DNA of 57,745 nt from an uncultured Dehalococcoidaceae bacterium (GTDB lineage: Bacteria > Chloroflexota > Dehalococcoidia > Dehalococcoidales > RBG-16-60-22), in NCBI GenBank assembly GCA_964545815.1, contig CAZJGR010000003.1, positions 1 to 57,745 of the forward strand, given 5' to 3'. Each line of letters begins with the position of its first letter. The stretch's first letter is position 1. Position numbers and translations under genes: made by a program. Positions 17,179 to 27,477 of this stretch are shown piece by piece. The notes below the pieces were generated by a model, which saw only the letters and a list, made by a program, of their open reading frames with translations, made no database searches and had not been told where the DNA came from.

Positions 17179-17700
17179 CTAGATATTCTCTCCCTGATAT
17201 CTTCCCCGGTAGCCCCGGGTCTTCTGCGTCAGCTTGAAGAAAATGAGCTGCACCATTCTGGCATTTCGCTGCAGCCGGATGCCCTGAGGGTTATAGACCA
17301 CCATCAGCGATTGTGAGCGCCCGGAGTAGCCGGCATCCCAGACCGCCGTCTCGACGGTGACGCCGCAGCGGAGCAGGCTGGAGCGGGGTGCTGCCAGCGC
17401 GGTGATATCCTCGGGCAGGTGGACAATTTCATTATAGGTAATCAGGTATATGCCGGGCACCAGGTCAATATAGCCCATTCCGTCAAAGACAAGGGGAGCC
17501 ACCTCGGGGACCTGCCGCTGGCGGTTGTCCACGGCGATGGTGCCGGCGGACTGGAGCAGGCCAATCTCGCGCAGGGTGAGGTCAATGCCATTGGGCTGCA
17601 ACTGCTGCTCCAGGTCAATCAAATCCTCAACCAGAGGGGGCCTGCCTTTCAGTCGACGACGTATTTCGGCACGGGACAGCACGGTGGTCATTTTCTTCAC
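17179..17700 (-). CDS. dCTP deaminase/dUTPase (trimeric Dcd-Dut) family protein
   Basis: 173 aa. ..QPNGIDLTL...PGIYLITYNEIVHLPEDITALAAPRSSLLRCGV.VETAVWDAGYSG.S..L..V.NP.GI.L..NARMVQLIF is the archaeal-type Dut/Dcd pattern. Confidence 0.8.
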   Translation of the reverse strand: MKKMTTVLSRAEIRRRLKGRPPLVEDLIDLEQQLQPNGIDLTLREIGLLQSAGTIAVDNRQRQVPEVAPLVFDGMGYIDLVPGIYLITYNEIVHLPEDITALAAPRSSLLRCGVTVETAVWDAGYSGRSQSLMVVYNPQGIRLQRNARMVQLIFFKLTQKTRGYRGRYQGENI

Positions 17701-17809
17701 TTTAAGATAAGGTCATTGTCTAGTATACACTTTTATTACCGGATGGTTCACCCTCCTGTTCGGCGTTTTCTTTACAGAGGTGGCTGCTTTCGCTACAATA
17801 AGGCCGGCG

Positions 17810-18508
17810 ATGATTAAAGCCGTCTTTTTTGACCTGTACCATACGCTGGTCGGCTATGACCCACCACGGGAAGAACTCCAGGCCGAGGCGCTGAAGGAAC
17901 TGGGCGTTGCGGTGAAGCCTGAGGTTCTCCGCCGGCCCCTCGTCGTGGCCGATGAGTATATCTATCACGAGCATGCCCGTGCTTCACTGAGCCAGCGTCC
18001 CAAAGAGGAGCAGATGGCGGTCTGGGCGCAGTACGAGCGCATACTGCTCACCGAGGCCGGTATTGAAGCTGATGACCGGCTCATCCTCGGGCTGGTGGGC
18101 AAAATGAAGCAGTTTAAACTGAGGCAGGTGCTTTTTGATGACGTTTTGCCCGCGCTGAGCGAGCTCAAGAAGCGGGGCTTGGCTCTGGGCCTCATTTCCA
18201 ATATAGATAAGGATATCACCCCGCTGCTGGAAAACCTGGGGCTGATTACCTGGCTTCAGGTGGTGGTGACTTCACAGGATACCGGCTTTAACAAACCGAA
18301 TCCGGAGATATTTCAGGAGGCGGCGGAAAGGGCTGGCGTTCAACCCCGCGAGGCCATCTATGTTGGCGACCAGTACCAGATCGATGTCGTCGGTGCCAAC
18401 CAGGCGGGGATGAAGGGGATTTTGATTGACCGGGGCAACTATTTCGCCGGAGTGGGTGATTGCCCCCGTCTCCAGAATCTCGGGCAGATATCAGAATACC
18501 TGGCCTGA
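17810..18508 (+). CDS. HAD-IA family hydrolase
   Basis: MIKAVFFDLYHTLV (motif I), ..GLISN.. (motif II), and ..YVGDQYQIDVVGANQAGM.. (motifs III/IV). I prefer the ATG at 17810 over the track start at 17780. Confidence 0.8.
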   Translation: MIKAVFFDLYHTLVGYDPPREELQAEALKELGVAVKPEVLRRPLVVADEYIYHEHARASLSQRPKEEQMAVWAQYERILLTEAGIEADDRLILGLVGKMKQFKLRQVLFDDVLPALSELKKRGLALGLISNIDKDITPLLENLGLITWLQVVVTSQDTGFNKPNPEIFQEAAERAGVQPREAIYVGDQYQIDVVGANQAGMKGILIDRGNYFAGVGDCPRLQNLGQISEYLA

Positions 18509-18530
18509 GCACACCGTTTACCGCTGGCTC

Positions 18531-19970
18531 TCACCGCCTCACCTCCATGCCCAATGGGCAGATAGAGCATTTCCCCTGCGTGCAGAAGGTCTTATAGATG
18601 TGAATCAGGCCCTGCTGCCGCAGCGCGGAATTTATGGGCACACGGCTCCGGCCAAGCTGCTTTGACACGTGTCTTTCAATAGCGTTGGCGCCCGGCTTCG
18701 GGTAAGTGCGGAATATCTCCTGAGACTTGGTGGCTAATTCCGTTTGTGCGTTGAGACTGCCCCAGGCGTAGCTAAAGGGCAGGATGACGTTCACGGCCAT
18801 GGCGGCGGCACGGCTGGTTCCGATGAGCGCCGGGGCAATGCATCGACTGTAACCACCGACGTCGTAATGTGTCTTCCAGTAGCCGCGGGCCATTACCGTC
18901 ATGGCTGCCTCCAGTGCCCGGTGCGCCTGGTCAACTTTTATCCCCGATATCAGATTGATAATCTCTTCCAATAGGCTCACTTTACCATAGCGCAGCATCA
19001 GATAGCTTATGCCGGCAATACGACGTACCGGGTAGTTATTCGGTCTGATTTTAACCAGGTGCCAGCTATCGGCTGACATTACTTGGCCGTGCTTATATTC
19101 GCACCAGTATCTTTCCAGTAATTCAACCCAGCGGTCATTTGTTGACAGAAGGTTAGGGATGTCTCGTTGCGAAGGCATTAGGCCGGCGGTGCCCAGAAGC
19201 AGCGCCTGCTGCTGGGCAAGACGTTCCTCATCCGGCTGATGACGCCGCGCCATGACTTCCAGACGGTGCAGGGGCACCCTGCGGGCCAGTTCCTCGAAGG
19301 GGAGCTTGTTTTTGGAATATCCCAGTGCCCCCATTATTCCCCGGTAAAATATCTCGTCCGGTGTGTCTCTGCTTAATTCGTCCTGAAACGCGGCTGCTTT
19401 GGCCAGAAAACGTTCCTGACCGGCCGCATCCAGCATTTCATCAATTCTTTCTCTCGGCATTGATTTAGCCGCTTGGTAGCAGGGCAGGTTAAAAGCACCG
19501 GCGGGATAGTCAGCCCTCATTCGCCGCTGGGCCGCTGTTTCCAGGTGTTGGCTCAGCGCCAGAATCGGGACTTTCTTTTCGTTTTGTAACTGAGTGACCG
19601 GCTCTGTATCGCGCCACATCACCACGTGCAGGACGGTGCCATTATAGGCCGGGTCCTGATGATGGTGGTGTCTCTGCCAGTCGCTTGACCACCGGTGAAA
19701 CTCGATATCACCCTTCCTTAACCCCTGAGCCGATAAAATGACCGCGTCTCTTAAGTCAGCGCCCCTATCGTCATTTTCCCTTCCCGGGTAGATAAGGCGT
19801 ATCAGTTCACCCTCTTCAGTAATGAGGCCGGCCCGGCCCGTCAGCCGTTGCCAGACCTGAATAAGAAATCGTTCCGAGATTTCGGCTCCAGGCGCAGCCG
19901 CCCTGTCCTTTTGCCGGCTGCGGCCGGTTTTCCGCTGACTTTTTGGTGTCGTCGTCCGCACACTGAACAT
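18531..19970 (-). CDS. DUF2851 family protein
   Basis: 479 aa. ..IYPGRENDDRGADLRDAVI....GDIEFHRWSSDWQRHHHHQDPAYNGTVLHVVMW.. and the C-terminal CTQGKCSICPLG match my memory of DUF2851. Function unknown. Confidence 0.7.
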   Translation of the reverse strand: MFSVRTTTPKSQRKTGRSRQKDRAAAPGAEISERFLIQVWQRLTGRAGLITEEGELIRLIYPGRENDDRGADLRDAVILSAQGLRKGDIEFHRWSSDWQRHHHHQDPAYNGTVLHVVMWRDTEPVTQLQNEKKVPILALSQHLETAAQRRMRADYPAGAFNLPCYQAAKSMPRERIDEMLDAAGQERFLAKAAAFQDELSRDTPDEIFYRGIMGALGYSKNKLPFEELARRVPLHRLEVMARRHQPDEERLAQQQALLLGTAGLMPSQRDIPNLLSTNDRWVELLERYWCEYKHGQVMSADSWHLVKIRPNNYPVRRIAGISYLMLRYGKVSLLEEIINLISGIKVDQAHRALEAAMTVMARGYWKTHYDVGGYSRCIAPALIGTSRAAAMAVNVILPFSYAWGSLNAQTELATKSQEIFRTYPKPGANAIERHVSKQLGRSRVPINSALRQQGLIHIYKTFCTQGKCSICPLGMEVRR

Positions 19971-20052
19971 AATACACCATTTAAATGTGGGAAATAATAA
20001 GGGAATAAAAATTCACACCGTGGGCTAATAATACACGGTAACGTGTACGAAG

Positions 20053-20313
20053 TCAAGAGCCGGCCAGGCTATTTTTTGGCGCAGATGCGGTATATTTGAA
20101 TTTAGACTGCTCGGCGATGATGGAGAGGAGCGTTGTGGAGGCGCCGCGTGGCTGGTACATGCCGGTCTCCCATTCGCTGATGGTTTGCTGGCGGGTTCCC
20201 AGCCGCTCCGCAAGCTCACGCTGGGTGAGCCCCATATGTCGGCGCAAAGCCTGGATATGCTGGCGGTCCCAGTTTTTCTTTTGGGCTTCATACGGTTTAG
20301 CCATCGTGCTCAT
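20053..20313 (-). CDS. XRE-family helix-turn-helix transcriptional regulator
   Basis: ..IQALRRHMGLTQRELAERLGTRQQTISEWETGMYQPRGASTTLLSIIAE.. is a classic HTH_3 domain. The start is uncertain (TTG 20361, ATG 20352, 20313 or 20304). Confidence 0.8.
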   Translation of the reverse strand: MSTMAKPYEAQKKNWDRQHIQALRRHMGLTQRELAERLGTRQQTISEWETGMYQPRGASTTLLSIIAEQSKFKYTASAPKNSLAGS

Positions 20314-20474
20314 CTTACACGATTCAGTGTAGGCTGTCAAAAGGCCGACCATGGTGGGCAATAGATAAATTCAGAAAAATAAAGAAATATGGAAATTATT
20401 GAAGGAAAAGGGCAAAAATAATATATAAATGGCTGGCAATTGTGCTAATAGACAAAATATGGTAATCTATGGTG

Positions 20475-20504
20475 TTGATGAGAGCATCGCATTGCTGCTA
20501 TTAT
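20475..20504 (+). promoter_or_regulatory. candidate groESL promoter
   Basis: TTGATG (20475-20480), an 18-nt spacer, then TATTAT (20499-20504). The CIRCE operator begins 5 nt downstream, the usual arrangement. Confidence 0.4.
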
Positions 20505-20508
20505 ATCT

Positions 20509-20535
20509 TTAGCACTCTCACCACGAGAGTGCTAA
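20509..20535 (+). promoter_or_regulatory. CIRCE operator (HrcA binding site)
   Basis: TTAGCACTC-tcaccacga-GAGTGCTAA is a perfect match to the CIRCE consensus TTAGCACTC-N9-GAGTGCTAA, 48 nt upstream of groES. Confidence 0.95.
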
Positions 20536-20582
20536 ATAATGAAAAATCAATCATCGTTTAATTTCTAATAAGGAGGACAGGA

Positions 20583-20879
20583 ATGGCAATCAAGTTGCAG
20601 CCACTGGCGGACCGACTGGTGGTAAAACCAATTGAAGCGGAGGGAAAAACCAAGACCGGCATTTACCTGCCGGATACGGCCAAGGAAAAACCGCAGGAAG
20701 GTAAAGTAGTCGCCGTTGGCCCCGGCCGGCTATCCGATGATGGCAAGCGCATTGCCATGGAGGTCAAGGTTGGTGACATCGTAGTCTATGCCAAATATGG
20801 CGGCACCGAAATCAAGCTCGATGATGAGGAGTATATGATTCTGCGCGAGAGCGATATTCTGGCCAAGAAGGGCAAGTAA
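20583..20879 (+). CDS. groES: co-chaperonin GroES
   Basis: 98 aa. [45 protein letters not shown]... AGGAGG RBS. Confidence 0.97.
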   Translation: MAIKLQPLADRLVVKPIEAEGKTKTGIYLPDTAKEKPQEGKVVAVGPGRLSDDGKRIAMEVKVGDIVVYAKYGGTEIKLDDEEYMILRESDILAKKGK

Positions 20880-22532
<1,653 letters not shown>

Positions 22533-22572
22533 GAACAGGTGCCGGTGCGGTAGAATCGCCGGAAAACAGAGA

Positions 22573-22604
22573 AGCCGCGGCCGAAAAGGCCGCGGCTCTT
22601 TTCT
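22573..22604 (+). terminator. intrinsic terminator of groESL
   Basis: AGCCGCGGCC-gaaaa-GGCCGCGGCT is a perfect 10-bp GC-rich stem followed by CTTTTCT, about 40 nt after the groEL stop. Confidence 0.85.
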
Positions 22605-22654
22605 AGGTGTCGGGGGTGGTGCCGTGCCAAGCCATCCGTCATATGAACGCGATA

Positions 22655-22683
22655 TTGACAAGCATGGGAAGCCCATGTAGTCT
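22655..22683 (+). promoter_or_regulatory. candidate promoter for the aminotransferase gene
   Basis: TTGACA (22655-22660), a 17-nt spacer, then TAGTCT (22678-22683), about 50 nt upstream of the ATG at 22736. Confidence 0.35.
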
Positions 22684-22735
22684 TTTTAATATAACCCTTA
22701 TCTGGGTCTTTTTTTAAATTGGCGGATTCATGTAG

Positions 22736-23920
22736 ATGGACTTATCCAAGATTGCCAAGCAGTTTACCGAGAGCATCATAAGGGATATGACCCGGGTGGC
22801 GTTGCGGCATCCCGGCAGTATAAATCTAGCCCAGGGATTTCCAGATTTCCCCGCCCCCGAACCCATCAAGCAAGCGGCAATTGAAGCTATCCAAAGAGAT
22901 AAAAATCAATATGCCATCACCTGGGGGACGGACTCGCTCCGGGAAGCCATTGCCGCAAAAGCCCATCGTTGCAATAAAATTGAAGCGGACCCAGATAAGA
23001 ATATCACCGTAACCTGTGGCTCGACTGAAGCCATGATGGCATCTCTGAAGGCGATTATTAACCCCGGTGATGAGGTCATAATTTTTGAGCCCTTCTATGA
23101 GAACTACGGCCCAGACTGTCTTCTTTCCGGAGCCACTCCCCGATATGTTCGATTGAGACCGCCTGACTGGTCTTTTGACTTTGACGAACTGGAAAGCGTT
23201 TTCAATTCAAAAACCAAGGCCGTCGTCATTAATACGCCAAATAACCCCACCGGGAAAGTATTCAGTGAGGAAGAGCTTCGTTTCATCGCCGGGCTTTGTG
23301 TGCAACATGATGTCATAGCCGTCACCGATGAGATATATGAACATATCCTGTATGATAATCACCGGCACGTATCGATTGCTTCTTTCCCCGAGATGGCAGA
23401 ACGGTCTGTTACCATAAATTCAATCTCGAAAACCTATTCTCTGACCGGGTGGCGGGTTGGCTGGGCCATTGCCGGCGACCGGATTACCAGAGAGATACGG
23501 AAGGTTCACGATTTTCTGACGGTGGGCGCGGCCACTCCTTTGCAGGAAGGCGCCGCTTTTGCTTTATCGCTGGGCGAGGAATACTATCAATGGCTGGCAG
23601 AATTCTACCGCAACGCCAGGGATACCCTGTATTACTCCCTCATGGAAACCGATTTGCACCCATATAAACCGGCCGGGGCATACTATATCATGTGCGAATG
23701 TAGTGACTTCATTCGGCAGCACGGGTTGCCGAACTCACTGGAGCTGTCCTATTTCCTGGTCAAGAATATCGGCATTGCTACGGTGCCGGGAAGCTCGTTT
23801 TATTCCGACCCCAGTTACGGACAATTTCAAATACGGTTTTGCTTCTGCAAGAATCCGGAGACATTACAAAAAGCACGGTCTTATCTTTCCAAGATACCGA
23901 AAGCAACCGGCAACCGCTGA
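22736..23920 (+). CDS. class I/II PLP-dependent aminotransferase (KAT/YbdL/MtnE-like)
   Basis: 394 aa. NLAQGFPDF.., NTPNNPTGKV and SISKTYSLTGWRVGW (PLP lysine motif). Confidence 0.88.
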   Translation: MDLSKIAKQFTESIIRDMTRVALRHPGSINLAQGFPDFPAPEPIKQAAIEAIQRDKNQYAITWGTDSLREAIAAKAHRCNKIEADPDKNITVTCGSTEAMMASLKAIINPGDEVIIFEPFYENYGPDCLLSGATPRYVRLRPPDWSFDFDELESVFNSKTKAVVINTPNNPTGKVFSEEELRFIAGLCVQHDVIAVTDEIYEHILYDNHRHVSIASFPEMAERSVTINSISKTYSLTGWRVGWAIAGDRITREIRKVHDFLTVGAATPLQEGAAFALSLGEEYYQWLAEFYRNARDTLYYSLMETDLHPYKPAGAYYIMCECSDFIRQHGLPNSLELSYFLVKNIGIATVPGSSFYSDPSYGQFQIRFCFCKNPETLQKARSYLSKIPKATGNR

Positions 23921-23959
23921 CCCGCCCCAGAATAATTCAGTCATAGGTAAATGGAAAGC

Positions 23960-25222
23960 CTAAAGCTTCAGCAACTCTTCCAGAGGCGCGTCCGGTGGGA
24001 CCGGCCCCACTATCGCTAGGCGGAGTTTCTCGCCGGTCAGAAGCTCACGGGCAAGCTGCTGCAGCTCTTCGGCGGTGACCTGGTCAATTATGGAAATGAC
24101 CTCGTCAACAGTGAGGATATGCTCGGTCAGCAGTTCCTGCCCGCCAATCCAGCCCGCCACACTGCGGCTGTCCTCCATGCGCAGCAGCAGACGTCCTTTG
24201 GCGAATTCTTTGGCCTTGTTCAGTTCCGGTTCCAGGATTGGTTCCTTGAGCTGGGCCAGCTCCTCAATGATAGCCTTTAGGGCCAGGTTCAAATTTTTCG
24301 TATCCACGCCGGCGGCGATGATGAGCGAGCCGGTATCGAGAAAATGGTCAACAAAGCTGCTGATGTTGTAGGCCAGTCCCAGCTTGTCCCGGATATTGGT
24401 GAATAAACGACTGCTCATACCGTCGCCGAGGATAACGTTGAGCAGGTCGGCGGCAAACCTCCTGGGGTGGAGGAGCGGCAGGCCCGGCAACGCCAGGCAA
24501 AGATGAACCTGCTCCAGCTCACGGTTCTCAATGTGCAGCTTGGGGAATTCTTTTTCTCGGTAGGTGAGGTATCCCGCCCGGGACGGCCGTCCCGTCCATT
24601 TGCCAAGTGCCTGATTTATCAGGCTCACCATTTCCTCGTGCTGGATGTTGCCGGCGGTGGCGACCACGGTATTGCCCGGCTGATATTGGTCCGCCAGGTA
24701 ATCGAGCATAAGCTCCCGGGTGATACTGCGCACTGAATCACGGCTGCCGGCGATATCGCGACCCAGCGGGTGTCCTGGCCAGAGCAGCTCGTCAATGAGT
24801 ATCCCCACCCGCTGCGAGGGAGAGTCGTTGCTCATGTTTATCTCCTCGATGATGACCTGGCGCTCCTTTTCCATATCTTCCGGATTGAACCGGGAATTGA
24901 TGAGCATATCCACCAGCACATCAAGGGCAATCTCGAGGTGGGGGCGGGCCACCTTGCACCAGTAAACGGTAAGTTCCTTGTCCGTGCCCCCGTTGAGGAT
25001 GCCGCCCACACCTTCGATGGCGGTGGAGATGTCCCTGGCCGCAGGCCGTTTCTCCGTGCCGCGGAAACACAGATGCTCGATGAAGTGGGAGATGCCGGCC
25101 TGAGAATCAGCTTCATAGCGCGAGCCGGTGCCGATGAAAAAACTGACCGATACGGAGCGGGTCTCGGGCATGGGTGAGGTCAGGATGCGCAGCCCGTTAT
25201 CCAGCGTGCTTTTCTGGTACAA
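23960..25222 (-). CDS. M16 family (insulinase/pitrilysin-like) zinc peptidase
   Basis: 420 aa with the inverted zinc motif HFIEHLCFRGT (HxxEH) near the N-terminus. Confidence 0.88.
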   Translation of the reverse strand: MYQKSTLDNGLRILTSPMPETRSVSVSFFIGTGSRYEADSQAGISHFIEHLCFRGTEKRPAARDISTAIEGVGGILNGGTDKELTVYWCKVARPHLEIALDVLVDMLINSRFNPEDMEKERQVIIEEINMSNDSPSQRVGILIDELLWPGHPLGRDIAGSRDSVRSITRELMLDYLADQYQPGNTVVATAGNIQHEEMVSLINQALGKWTGRPSRAGYLTYREKEFPKLHIENRELEQVHLCLALPGLPLLHPRRFAADLLNVILGDGMSSRLFTNIRDKLGLAYNISSFVDHFLDTGSLIIAAGVDTKNLNLALKAIIEELAQLKEPILEPELNKAKEFAKGRLLLRMEDSRSVAGWIGGQELLTEHILTVDEVISIIDQVTAEELQQLARELLTGEKLRLAIVGPVPPDAPLEELLKL

Positions 25223-25262
25223 TAAATCACCTCAGATTACCATCAGTTGACATAACATTATT

Positions 25263-27356
25263 CTACATGGGTCGTTGCATGGCCTGTCGGCACCGGTTGA
25301 GTATGGAAAGGACCTCGAAAGGCTCTTCCAGCATCGGGAAAGTGGGCACTCCTTTTGGTTCCAAGAATGCCTTGGCTGCTTCCATCTGCTTTCTCTCGGC
25401 GCTGAAAGCGACATAAAGCGGCTTCTCCGGGTATTTATGCGCCAGCCTGACCAGGAAGTCCAGAGGCGGTATGCCAATTTTTTCGGCCAGCATAAGAATC
25501 GGCACCACCGCATCGATACTTTCATCTTGCATCAGGGCTTCAATAGCCTCTCTATAGCTGAACTCGACGCTGTGCTCGAATACCGACGGCCAGATATCCA
25601 CCGGATTGCGCATGCGGATGAAGTCCGGGCTTATCTCCTGAAGGCGCATTCTGGTTTTTTCCTCGGGCTCGGGGAGGTCAAGACCCCACCGTTGCTCGCA
25701 GAGGTCCGAGAGCACCACCAGCAAGGCACCGGAAGGCGCCAGGAAGCCCACTCGATTTCCCTTTGGCAGTGGCATACAGGCGAGCGCCTTGGCTACCGAG
25801 ACCAGGTGCGAGTATTCATAAAGCCGGGTGATGCCAGCCTGCCTGATGACGCCGTCAAGGATGCGCTCATTCGAGGCCATGGAGGCGGTATGGGTCACGA
25901 CGGCTTTGGCTCCCGCCCCGGTGCTGCCCCCCATGAGCAGGAAGACGGGCTTGCGGCTGGTAACCTGGCGCGCCACTTCAATGAAGCGACTTGGCCGCTT
26001 TATGCTTTCGAGATAAAGAAAGATAACTTCTGTCTCCGGGTCCTCGGCGTAATATTCAAGGACGTCGCTCTCATCAACGTCGATTTTATTGCCCAGGCCG
26101 GTTACCCTGGCCACCCCAAAATTCTCGTCGATGATAATACAGTACATGGTGTGGGTGGCGAAGTTGCCCGTCTGGGCGATGTAGGAGATTTTGCCCTGCG
26201 GGACCTTGCCCAGCGGGAAAATGCTGGTGGTGAAGTGATAGGGCGTTGAGGTGTGGCCGGAGGTATTGGGGCCGATGACATTGGCGCCGGCCTCAACGAT
26301 GGTGCGCGTCAGCTCCTCCTGGAGCGCCTCGCCGTTCTCATTGACTTCGGAGAAGCCGCCGGCGCAGAGAACGAATGATTTAATGCCCTTTGCGATGCAC
26401 TCCTTTACCGCCTGAACCGTCGCCCGGGCGGGGATGACGATAGCGGCCAGGTCAACGCCGTCCGGCAGCTCGGCGATTAACGGGCAGACGGGTAAGCCCA
26501 TGATTTCGCCGCCTCTGGGGTTGACCGGATAGACTTTTCCCTGATAACCATTGACCAGGATATTGTGCGTAACCGTATAGCCGGCCTTGCCGGGCGTGGC
26601 GGAGGCGCCAATCACGGCGATGCTGTCCGGTTTATAGAGCTTGGTTAAGTCCTTCTTCGGGGCTATTTTTAGCCTCGGCTTTGTTGGTTCTTTGCTCAAT
26701 GTGACCAGCGCGTCCACGGCGACTAGCTTGCCGTCAGGCCTGATTTTAAGCGGGTTAATGTCGATTGATTGTATACTCTTATGCTGAAGCCCGATTTCAC
26801 CAAGCTTGACCAAGATGCTGGCCAGCGCCTCAGTGTCTGCGGCGGCCTCACCGCGGAAGGGCTGGAGCAGCTCTTTGTGTCTTATTTCCTGGACCATTTC
26901 CCGGCCGTCCTGTATGGTCAGGGGGGCCAAGCGGAAGACGATATCCTTAAAAATCTCGGTCATGATGCCACCGAGCCCGAACATGACACAGGGGCCGAAG
27001 TGGGCATCGCGGATGAGGCCGCAGACCAGCTCTCGCTCACCCCTGACCATCTCCTGCACCAGCACCGCCTGGCTGCCCGGTATCCGCAGCAGACGTTTGC
27101 TTTCCTGTTTCACCTCGGCCTGGTTTTTCAGGTTCAGGGCGATGCCACCGACCTCTGTTTTGTGGAAGAGCTCTTTGCCGCACGCTTTCAGGGCCACCGG
27201 AAATCCAATCTTTAAAGATTCCTTCACCGCGGCAGTGGCATCGTGGGCGATGGCTTCGCGGCAGACCGGGATGCCAAAGCGGTCGAGGAACTGTTTGGCT
27301 TCATACTCATTCAGGGCACTATGGCCTTGGCGCAGGGCTTCTTCAACAATATCCAT
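25263..27356 (-). CDS. ADP-forming acyl/acetyl-CoA synthetase, fused ATP-grasp plus CoA-binding/ligase domains
   Basis: N-terminal ATP-grasp (..LNEYEAKQFLDRFGIPV...GFPVALKACGKELFHKTEVGGIALNL), then CoA-binding (PDSIAVIGASATPGKAGYTV..N......GKVYPVNPRGGEI.G) and a succinyl-CoA-synthetase-like domain. I prefer the ATG at 27356 (AAGGA RBS) over the track start at 27461. Confidence 0.82.
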   Translation of the reverse strand: MDIVEEALRQGHSALNEYEAKQFLDRFGIPVCREAIAHDATAAVKESLKIGFPVALKACGKELFHKTEVGGIALNLKNQAEVKQESKRLLRIPGSQAVLVQEMVRGERELVCGLIRDAHFGPCVMFGLGGIMTEIFKDIVFRLAPLTIQDGREMVQEIRHKELLQPFRGEAAADTEALASILVKLGEIGLQHKSIQSIDINPLKIRPDGKLVAVDALVTLSKEPTKPRLKIAPKKDLTKLYKPDSIAVIGASATPGKAGYTVTHNILVNGYQGKVYPVNPRGGEIMGLPVCPLIAELPDGVDLAAIVIPARATVQAVKECIAKGIKSFVLCAGGFSEVNENGEALQEELTRTIVEAGANVIGPNTSGHTSTPYHFTTSIFPLGKVPQGKISYIAQTGNFATHTMYCIIIDENFGVARVTGLGNKIDVDESDVLEYYAEDPETEVIFLYLESIKRPSRFIEVARQVTSRKPVFLLMGGSTGAGAKAVVTHTASMASNERILDGVIRQAGITRLYEYSHLVSVAKALACMPLPKGNRVGFLAPSGALLVVLSDLCEQRWGLDLPEPEEKTRMRLQEISPDFIRMRNPVDIWPSVFEHSVEFSYREAIEALMQDESIDAVVPILMLAEKIGIPPLDFLVRLAHKYPEKPLYVAFSAERKQMEAAKAFLEPKGVPTFPMLEEPFEVLSILNRCRQAMQRPM

Positions 27357-27477
27357 GAGTATTTCCTTTCCCAAAAAGCTCGGCTTAAAATTATGGCACA
27401 GTGGCCTGTCGATGGCAAGTTTGCCTCTCAAATTGACTTTGGCGCAGGGCGTTGCTAACATTTAAGCAGGAGGGAGC

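Noticed and set aside
20017-20045. Possible weak terminator hairpin (ACCGTG...CACGGT) downstream of the XRE gene on the reverse strand.
   Set aside because: It has only a 6-bp stem with an 11-nt loop and a modest T-run, which is too weak to call. The XRE and DUF2851 genes may well be co-transcribed.
20053-20582. XRE gene as the antitoxin of a type II toxin-antitoxin pair.
   Set aside because: There is no toxin-sized ORF upstream or downstream on the same strand. Upstream is the AT-rich groES control region, and downstream is a 479-aa DUF2851 gene. The antitoxin-like HTH resemblance alone is insufficient.
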